Below, one piece after another: positions 55,131 to 64,000 of a stretch of DNA of 64,000 bases (position 1 is its first letter; each line of letters begins with the position of its first letter). The DNA is from Octopus vulgaris (taxonomy: Eukaryota), in assembly GCA_951406725.2 (NCBI GenBank), contig OX597829.1, positions 31,186,001 through 31,250,000 of the forward strand, written 5' to 3'. The notes under the pieces were generated by a model. That model ran no database searches. It was not told where the DNA came from and was given only the letters and a program-made list of their open reading frames with translations. The translations under genes and the position numbers were made by a program.

Positions 55131-56732
55131 ACCTTGAATATTGTAGCCACTTCAGTCAAGACATCAGTTGTCCATATGGTAAGTTATGCTTTCTGAAGTT
55201 CACCGAATTCTTCCATGACTAGATCCAGTTGGAACAATTCTCAACCGCATCTACCATTCCCTTAAGAGCTTTGCTTCTTCTTTTCCCCAGAAAAGAGATC
55301 ACAGGCAGATTTGCCCACAAGCCCCCTCACTCCCATTGCTATGATGAGGGCTTTGATTTGGTAGCCAGATTTTCTCAATGCTAAACTGACATGCTTCTCA
55401 GGTTTGTAGACATAGGTTTCCTCCATGTTGTTTACAGTATACTCAGTCATTACTTTGTGTATTTATTAATCTTGGCCTCCATCATTTCCATTGTGTTAAT
55501 GCCAATGTCATATATTAGCTGTAACCAGAGAAACTTTGGTATCAGCACGAACTGCAGGCACTAGACTTTGTATCTTCAAGTTGTCAAACCATTTTTCATA
55601 GATTTGGACTGGTTCTTCCACTGTTGGTGAGCTAGAGTGAACAAAACATAGCTAATTTCCCATCCATAAAGAGTGGTTCTGTGATTTCTTAGGTTTAAAT
55701 TTCATTCTAGATGAGATAAAACCCTCATTTACTGCTTCAAAATCCTGTGTTTCATCTTCCTTTGTAGAGAGTACTTTTGTGTGACCCATAGAGGCCCTTG
55801 GCATTTGTATCAGATGTGTATCATTCATCACTGCCTTCAGGATGACCTTCGTTGCCAGCGTGAACACTACTGAAAAAAAAAAGTGACATAGACCAGTGCT
55901 ATAGCAACTTCCACATTGATCTAGTTTGTTGTGAAATTTTTTGTGGAGAATTACACTGAGAACTCATGAAAGTACCTTTTCAACATTTCTTGGATGTTCT
56001 TTGGGGCATAGTAAATCTCAAGAGTCAGTTGAATCATCTTGTGTGAGACTGATCCATTGCTAGATTGAGCTGCAGGGCATTGAGATCCCTTTTCTCTGTA
56101 ATGGTTTCTTGCTACATCATTGAGGCATCTGTGCATCCAGACGCTCTTAAGATGCTTCTTTTCTGGGCTGGCATGTCCAGGTAAATATTACCTGTTAACC
56201 ACGTCACCATAACAGAGAAGATTTTCCCTCAACATTCAGAAGTGATAGTGGTCTGAATGAATTGTTATTATGGGATAACTTTTCTTTGGGAATATACACA
56301 TTATCAGATACCATCCACTGGTTACTGGTCTTCAGGTACCTTCATGCTGATGTTAATAATTTTTGGAGTCTTTCATGAGCATCAGAATATTTTATACAGT
56401 AGATAGGGAATTTCATTTGGCCTTGGCTTCTGAAATACTTTATGTCACAGAATTAGTGGTTTGTTGCTGAACATTTTCTCTGGCATTGCTATCCTCACCA
56501 AGCTCTGGATCTCAAATGGTAACTTGCAAAGAGAGTTAGAATAAATTTTCTTGAGAAACTTTTCAGGAGTTACTTTAACCACAGTGGATATCCTAAACAT
56601 TGACTGCTTGAAGTTTCCTCGTAAACTAGAAGCTATCTTCTCCCACTTTTTTGAGGTCTCTGCCTCTTGCTTCCAAGTCTATCTAGAGTTTCTCTAGCCC
56701 TTGAATCAAAAATTCTGATGTGGTCTTCATCT

Positions 56733-57015
56733 ACATTATTTACATTTAACAAATATTTGTCCTCATCTTGTTTGTTGTTAACACAACGTTTTGGCTGATA
56801 TACCCTCCAGGCTTCATCAGGTGCCTTGGAGAAATTTCTCATTCATAAGGTATTTTTCAATGTTATTATTATTATTTAGGTCACTGCTTGGAATTGAACT
56901 TGGAATCTTAGGGTTAGTAGCCCACGCTCTTAACCACTATGCCATATGCCTATGGGCATATCCGTCAAATGTAAGTAATGTACGTAATTCCTCATCTCTT
57001 AAATATAGAACTGTA
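56733..57015 (-). mobile_element. tRNA-headed, HHR-carrying SINE (copy 2) with an inverted 5' tail copy and a 12-bp TSD
   Basis: TSD tggtcttcatct at 56721-56732 and 57016-57027. tRNA head tggcatagtggttaagagcgtgggctactaaccc...agttcaattcc. HHR at 56825-56780. 56957-57014 is an inverted copy of the 3' tail. Confidence 0.85.
56780..56825 (-). ncRNA. minimal type-I hammerhead motif, slightly decayed
   Basis: GGCAC-CUGAUGA-A-GCCUG-(loop)-CAGCC-AAAA-CG-UU-GUGUU. Confidence 0.65.
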
Positions 57016-57681
57016 TGGTCTTCATCTGTTTCTTCAGATCACTTTTCTAACTCCAGATGTTATCCATCTTTTATTGATGCTTTGGGTTCATCATCATCAT
57101 CATCATCATTATTTAAAACCTGCTTTCCATGCTGGCATGGGTTGGACGGTTTGACAGAGGCTGGCTAGGTAGGAGACTGCACTAGGCTTCATTGTGTGTT
57201 TTGGCAGGGTTTTTACAGCTGGATGCTCTTCCTAACACCAACTACCTCTCAGAGTGGACTGAGTGCTTTTTACATGGCACCAGCACCATCTTACATGGCA
57301 ATACATACATATATGCTCAAGAAGACCCATACTCCACAGCAAAAGACTGATCCTTCTGGTTGCATAAAACACTCATGGCAGTGCCACATAAAAGCATCCA
57401 TGCAATGTCACATAAAAGTGCTCATGTGGCAACATGTAAAAACACTCATGTGGTGCTACATAAAAGCATCTAACATTCTGTAAAGCTTTTACATGGAACT
57501 GCACAGCCTCTTTTACATGTTGCTGCATGAGCACATTCTGTTGAAACCAAGCCAAATCAGACTGGAGTCTAGTGTAGACCCCCTAGCTTGCCAGCTCTGG
57601 TCACACCGTCCAACTCAAGCCAGCAGAGACAACAGATGTTAAATGATGATGATGATATAAAGAAAGAACACAAATGGGTTA

Positions 57682-57766
57682 AGTTCACTACAGCTGTTTC
57701 AGATGTGTTTTTATTGATGAATAAACTGATTACATAATGAAAAAAATTGTTTTCTTCAGGTGAACT
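57682..57766 (-). ncRNA. type-I hammerhead motif with a long, degenerate stem II
   Basis: Perfect 7-bp stem I AGUUCAC/GUGAACU, core CUGAAGA, GAAA, palindromic stem III ACAGCUGU and cleavage triplet GUA. Stem II pairing is poor. Confidence 0.6.
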
Positions 57767-58147
57767 GAAAACTTAGTATTTTAAAATTTAAAATTTGGCT
57801 TGGAGAATACCATGATGCAGAACATATGTTGACCCTCTCATTGTGGAAACAAGTGAAACAGTGACTCCAATATCAACATATCATCCAAAAATTATAAACC
57901 TGTCAACAACCTATCAACTTTTCAGCCTGCATGTGTCTGTATAATTTCATAGACATGTGTATTTACATGAATATGTATATTAATTTGTTCATATGTATGT
58001 GTATGTAAGTGTTCAGACATGTCCATGTATGCATTGCTGTATGTGTGAGAGTCTGTATTTTGTATAGACACAGCTGCGCAAATCTCAACTGTAAATTGGT
58101 GTATTTAAAAAAAAAAAACACACTGATTCCAATGAATCCTACACACA

Positions 58148-58202
<55 letters not shown>

Positions 58203-58324
58203 ACTGGGGTCTATACATTTGACAACAAATTCTTCAAGGTAGTACCCCAGCATGCCCACAGTCTAATGACTGAAACAAGTAAAAAGATAAAAAACAAAAT
58301 AGATATATATATATAATATATGTG

Positions 58325-58379
<55 letters not shown>

Positions 58380-59355
58380 ATTTATATGTGTGTATATATG
58401 TATATGTATATATGTATGTATTTATGTATATATATATATGTATATATATATATCTATATCTATATATATATATATATACATATTTACATATATTTTTATA
58501 CAAATTTATATTTATTTATCTATATACTTTTAATACAACAATTATTTTTCACACGTGTATATCTTTCTGAGGAGTTTTCTGATATTGATTTCCTGATATT
58601 AATAATATAAATATAAATATATATATATATATCTTTTTCGTTTTTATCTTTTTACTTGTTTCAGTCGTTAGACTGTGGCTGTGTTGGGGCACTGCCTTGA
58701 AGAATTTGTAGTCAAATGTATAGACCCCAGTACTTTTTTTTTAAAGCCTGGTACTTATTCTATTGATCTCTTTCACTAACCGCTAAGTTATAGGAACATA
58801 AACACTCCAACACAGGTTGTCCACTGGTAGTGGCAGGGGAGAAACCCGGACACACATACATAGATATATACATGATCATTATGATAATGATGATCATCGT
58901 TTAATGTCCATCTTCCATGTATGGATGGGTAGGATGGTTGACAGATGCTGACCAGGTAGAAAAACTACCCTAGGCTGCTGTGTTTGCTTTGTCGGATTTT
59001 ATGGCTGGATGCCCTTCCTAAGACTAAACTCCACAAAGTGGACTCAGTGCTTTTTACGTGGCACAAGCATGATTTTTACAGCTGAATGCCCTTCCAAACA
59101 GCAACCACTGGCAGGGTAACCAAGTAACTCACAAGAGAGGAAATTATGAGAGGGGCAGAGGCATTTGAGAGTGAGGGGAACTTGTGTCAGAGGATGAAAG
59201 AGACAGAGAGTTAGAAGCATATGTCTTGCCACAACAGAAGGGGCATTAGAAGAGGTGATCCAGTATCAGATGATGAAAGCTTAGAGTGCAACAGAGAAAT
59301 AGAGACAGAAATAGGTGTCTTGCTATAACAAGAAGTACATGATTACCTAGTGAGT

Positions 59356-59397
<42 letters not shown>

Positions 59398-59869
59398 AGA
59401 GAAAGACAGAGGAGCCAGAAACAAGTGTGCTGATGTAAAGGAGATTCTTGGTTACCTAGTCAGAGGAAAAACAAGAGAAGGGGAGAGAGAGTGAGTGACC
59501 AAGGGAAAGAGAGAGAGAGAGACAGTAAGAAACAGCAAAAGTATGAGAGCAGAAGAGAGATGGTGTAGTGCTAGGGTATACTCACAAGTAAAAAGAATAT
59601 GAGCATAGAACCTGGGTAGAAATAATAAGGAGTATGTGTTGGAGGTGGGGGAGCTGCAATGCAGTAAGCAGGACAGTGAGGGCAAAAGAGGAGATTGGAA
59701 AACAATAATAGTTTATGAAAAGGAAATGTGAAGAAGAGAAAGATGCAGTTAGATGAGAGAAATTGTAGTTCAGTTTCTTAGGGTAGGATGGGTAAAAAGT
59801 GTGTTGTTTTTTGGGTGGGACACAACACTTCTAGCACTCAGTTTCATGGATGGGTTTTCTCTAGAACCT

Positions 59870-61045
59870 CGTATCTCCAAACATCTGTCCATGAGCCCCA
59901 ACATCCAAAGATCAGTCATCACCACTTCATCCCATGTCTTCCTGGGTCTCCCACTTCCACAGGTACCATCCTCTTTCAGCAACAGGCACAGCTGTATACA
60001 GTTGTCTTCCCTCATGCACATCACTTGTCCAAACCAATGCATTCTCTTCTCTTGCACACTGCATTTAATTCCTCTTATGCCTAACTTTTCTCTCAACACA
60101 GTTGTGCTTTGTCAGTCATACACACTGATGTTGCAAATCCAACAGAGCATACAGCTTTCATTCTTCTCCAGTCTACACATATCCTCTGCATTCAGAGCCC
60201 ATGTCTCACTACCATGAAATATAGCTCTTCTCACACAAGCATCATGCAATCTACCTTTCACTCTGAGAGAGAGTCCTTTTGCTGCCAACAGAGGTAGTAG
60301 TTCTCTGAACTTCCTCTACTCCATTTTTATTCTAGAGACAATACTTTCAGAGCATCCACCTCCATTACTAATTTGGTCACCTAAATAGCAGAAACTATCT
60401 ACTACTTCAAGAGAGCCTCCTGAGCATTTGAGGGAGTTTAAGTCCCTTGTGCTCTTAGTACTTAATGTTCCTGTGCATATGCTACACATGAAAGCTACCT
60501 TATCTGATAACTAACCCATGATCCTACTGCATCTCTTATGTGTTCCTAGCTTACACTTGATGCAGCAATTGAAATTATGTTGCACTCCTTTCCTACATGT
60601 TGAGCAGGGCCATTTACCAGCTGGAATGAGCTTTCTCACTAATAACAACTTTAGTCTTAGCTAAGTTAACTTTAAGGCCCTTCAATTCCAGGTTTTGCTT
60701 CCAAACCCAGAATTTCTTCTCCAACTCTGCTACAGATTTTGCAATAAGAGCAAGATCATCAACATGTAGTAGTTCCCATGAGCATCCAGTTTTAAATTCA
60801 TCTGTTATGGCCTGGAGAACTATGAGGAATAAGAGTGGACAAAGAACTGATCCCTGGTATACTTCAACTTCTACATTAAATTCATTACAGTATTCAAGGT
60901 CAACTCTCACCTTACTGACAACATTGATATACATGGCTTGAACAGCTTTAACAAGCCACTCCTCTGCTCCTAGCTTCCTTAGAGACCATCAAATAAGAGA
61001 GTGGGGAACCCTGTTGAAAGCTTTCTCCAGGTTGACAAAGGCTTA
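59870..61045 (-). mobile_element. RTE LINE RT/3' fragment
   Basis: VNLEKAFNRVP...VYQGSVLCPLLF...LLHVDDLALIA...GLKVNLAKTK...WFGQVMCM...GRPRKTW. Confidence 0.88.
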
Positions 61046-62066
61046 TTCACTTTTTGACAAAGTTCAGAGAATGCCTACCTTTGCTGGTGACAAAGGGCTT
61101 CTCGCTCAGAGTAAAAGGTAAACTGTATGATGCATGCGTGTGAACAGAACAGTTATGCTACATGGCAGTGAAACATGGGCCGTGACTGCTGAGGACATGC
61201 GTAAGCTTGCAAGGAATGAAGCTAGTATGCTCTGCTGGATGTGTAATGTCAGTGTGCATACACAACAGAGTGTAAGTTCCCTGAAAGAAAAGCTGGACTT
61301 AAGAAGCATCAGATGTGGTGTGCAAGATAGATGACTGCATTGGTATGGTCATGTGTTGTGAATGAATGAGGACAGCTGTATGAAAAAGCATCACACCCTA
61401 GCAGTAGAGGGAACTTGTGGAAGAGGCAGACCTGGGATGAGGTGGTGAAGCACAACCTTCGAATGTTGGGCCTCATGTGAGAGATATGTTGTGCTTAAGA
61501 AGACCTGGCAAGCCAAGTGAGACTGTAACCGTGGCCTATGCCAGTGCAGCATAACCAATCCATCTAAGAGTACCCTTCAATCATTGGGCAATAAACTGTG
61601 CTTGCAAAGACTTGTTGAATTAAGTGAATTCATTGTCGTGGCCGATGGTAGTACCGCCTGATTGGCACCCATGCTGGTGGCACATAAAAAGCACCATTTG
61701 AGCATGGTCGATGCCAGTGCTGCCTGACTGGTTCCTGCACCGGTGGCATGTAAAACACACCATTCGAGTGTGATCGTTGCCAGTGCCGCCTGACTGGCTC
61801 CCGTGCTGGTGGCACGTAAAAAGCACTATTCAAGCGTGGTCGATGTCAGTACTGCCTGACTGGTCCTCATGCCAGTGGCACGTAAAAAGCACCCTCTACA
61901 CTCTTGGAGTGGTCGGCGTTAGGAAGGGCATCCAGCTGTAGAAACTGCCAGATTAGATTGGAGCTTGGTGCAGCCTTCTGGCTCGCCAGCCCTCAGTCAA
62001 ATCGTCCAACCCATGCCAGCATGGAAAGCGGATGTTAAATGATGACAGTGATGATGATGATGATGA
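61045..62066 (+). mobile_element. RTE LINE 3' end with ~60-bp tandem repeats and a (GAT)n tail
   Basis: KFRE.LPLL..KG...VMLHGSETWAV..EDMRKLARNEASML, followed by the UTR repeat ggtggcacgtaaaaagcacc. Confidence 0.88.
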
Positions 62067-62664
62067 CTAAGCACAAGCATATCATTATCCATTCACATAC
62101 ATTTCTCACCTACCACATCTCTATTCTCTCTAACACACTGCTTTGTAATTCTGAACACCTCATGCCTCTGATCCTTGTGCTGTAGAACATTAGCAAACTT
62201 CTTACATTCTGCTATTCCTTTTGCTATGTAGACCTGTCGCCTAGCCTCCCTTCAGGCTCACTGGTATAATGCTTTGCTTACACTGTTTTCCCAGTCCTGT
62301 CTCTTTGCTTTTATAACACTGTCCACCTTGTTTCACCACCAAGTCACCTTTGGCCTTTGCATCAGCCCTAGATTTGGTCAGCGTCACACAGTAAATTGTC
62401 CTGCAGGAATTTCCAGTTGTCCTCGGAGCTATATGTCCCTTCCTTCTCCTCTGGGACATATATATATATACATATATGATAGGTTCTTTAAGTTTCCATT
62501 TACCAAATCCACCCACAAGGCTTTGATCAGCCCAAGGCCATAGTAGAAGATACTTGCCCAAGGTGCCATGCAGTAGGACTGAACCCAAAACCATGTGGCT
62601 GGAAAGCAAACTTCTTATCACACAGCCACATCTGCACCAATATATATATATATATATATATATA

Positions 62665-62800
62665 TTTCAACACAAATGCTAAACAGTATATATAAAGGAT
62701 AAAATCCTTTATATATACTGTTCAGTATTTACATGTTGAAAAAAATTTATCTTTCTATTCGTTCCAACGCTTCAAAAACAAACTTGTTTGTTTACATATG
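62665..62800. repeat. short asymmetric palindrome flanked by (TA)n
   Basis: aacagtatatataaaggat-aaa-atcctttatatatactgtt, extending imperfectly to 62665/62741, with a ~60 nt one-sided extension. Confidence 0.7.
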
Positions 62801-62837
62801 ATATTATATATACATACATACATATATATATATATAT

Positions 62838-63797
62838 TGGATGTGTAATGTCAGTGTGTATACTTGACAAAGTGTAGGTACCTTGAGATAAATGTTGGAC
62901 CTAAGAAGCATCAGATGTGGTGGGCAAGAGAGACAACTGCGCTGGTATGGTCATGTGGTGAGAATGGAGGAGGATGGCTGTGTGAAAAAGTGCCACACCC
63001 TAGTGGTTGAGGGAACCTGTGGAAGAGGTAGACCCAGGAAGACCTGGGATGAAGTGGTGAAGCACGACCTTCAAACATTAGTCCTCACTAGGGAAATGAC
63101 TAGCGACTGAGACTTTTGGAAATATGCTGTGCTTGAGAAGACCCGGCAAGCCAAATGAGACCATAACCTCGTGGCCTATGCCAGGGGTGTAACCTGCCCG
63201 CTTATGCGTACCATTTTCTTCCTTGAACACTAAACTCTGCTTGCGAAGACCTGTTGAGGCAAGTGAAATCAAAATCACATTTGATGACTGGCATCCATAC
63301 TAGCGGGGTGCAAAGAGCACCATACGAGCGTGATTGTTGACAGAGCGGTTAATCAGCTTCTGTGCCAGTGGCACATAAAAGGCACCATTCGAGTGTGATT
63401 GTTACCAGCGACGCCTTACTGACACTTGTGCCCATGCTAGTAGGGTGCCAAGAGCACCATCTGAGCATGATCATTGCCAGAGCAGCCGGTGGCATGTAAA
63501 AGGGCACCATTTAAGCGTGATCGTTACCAACGTCGCCTTACTGGCACCTGTGCTGGTGGCATTTGTAAAAAGATTCGAGCGAGGTCGTTGCCAGTACCAC
63601 CTGACTGGCCCCTGTGCCAGTGGCACGTAAAAAGCACCCACTACACTGTCGGGGTGGTTGGCATTAGAAAGGGCATCAAGCTCTAGAATCTCTGCCAAAT
63701 CAAGATTGGAGCCTGGTTCAGCCATCTGGTTCGCCAGCCCTCAATCAAAATCGTCCAACCCATGCTAGCATGGAAAGCGGATGTTAAACGATGATGA
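62838..63797 (+). mobile_element. RTE LINE 3' end
   Basis: LRWYGHVVRMEED.CVKKC....VEGTCGRGRPRKTW, then the tandem-repeat UTR and a gatgatgat tail. Confidence 0.9.
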
Positions 63798-64000
63798 TAT
63801 ATATATATATATATAATCATCATCATCATTCAACATCCATTTTCCATGCTGACATGGTTTGACAGGAACTGGTAAGGCCAGAGGTTGTACTAGGCTCCAT
63901 TGTTTGTTCTGGCATGGTTCCTTTGGCTGGATGTTCCTCCTAATGCCAACCACTTCACAGAGTGTTTACTGGGTGTTTTTTTATATGACACCAGTATGAG

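Larger units (their letters stand above)
55135..57085 (-). mobile_element. decayed Hero/NeSL-type RLE non-LTR retrotransposon with an internal deletion
   Basis: PRPNEIPYLLYK; W....VYIPKEK..SFRPLSLLNVEGKIF; YLD..AQK.SI...SGC; YAPKNIQEMLKRYF; a CCHC-like remnant; and the RLE tail NNMEETY.YK..K...LRKSGY......MGVRGLVGKS. Interrupted at 56733-57015. Confidence 0.8.

Overview
AT-rich, repeat-dominated eukaryotic DNA. The SINE families, RTE 3' tails and dense (TA)n/(CA)n/(GATA)n microsatellites are typical of an Octopus (coleoid cephalopod) genome; this is inferred from recalled repeat families, not from a search. No host protein-coding gene can be confidently assembled, and most ORF-track entries are translated microsatellites. 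Recognisable protein remnants are all transposon-derived: a CRE-clade RLE fragment, two mariner transposases, a Tx1/L1 RT fragment, two Penelope-like elements (PLE), a Helitron Pif1 helicase, a CR1/L2-type RT, several RTE LINEs and a Hero/NeSL-type RLE retrotransposon. There are also a solo LTR, a non-autonomous Helitron and MITEs. The most interesting signal is non-coding: about ten minimal type-I hammerhead-ribozyme (HHR)-like motifs from several PLE-related families, many in asymmetric palindromes inserted in TA microsatellites. They include an apparent G3:C8 core-swapped HHR, an A6U-core family and a tRNA-headed SINE with an internal HHR and PLE-style ends. A CpG-retaining block (about 35.9-41.1 kb) holds a candidate start exon, and two AG|GT ratchet-like splice sites suggest nearby large-intron genes. 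Coordinates were read by eye and are approximate.
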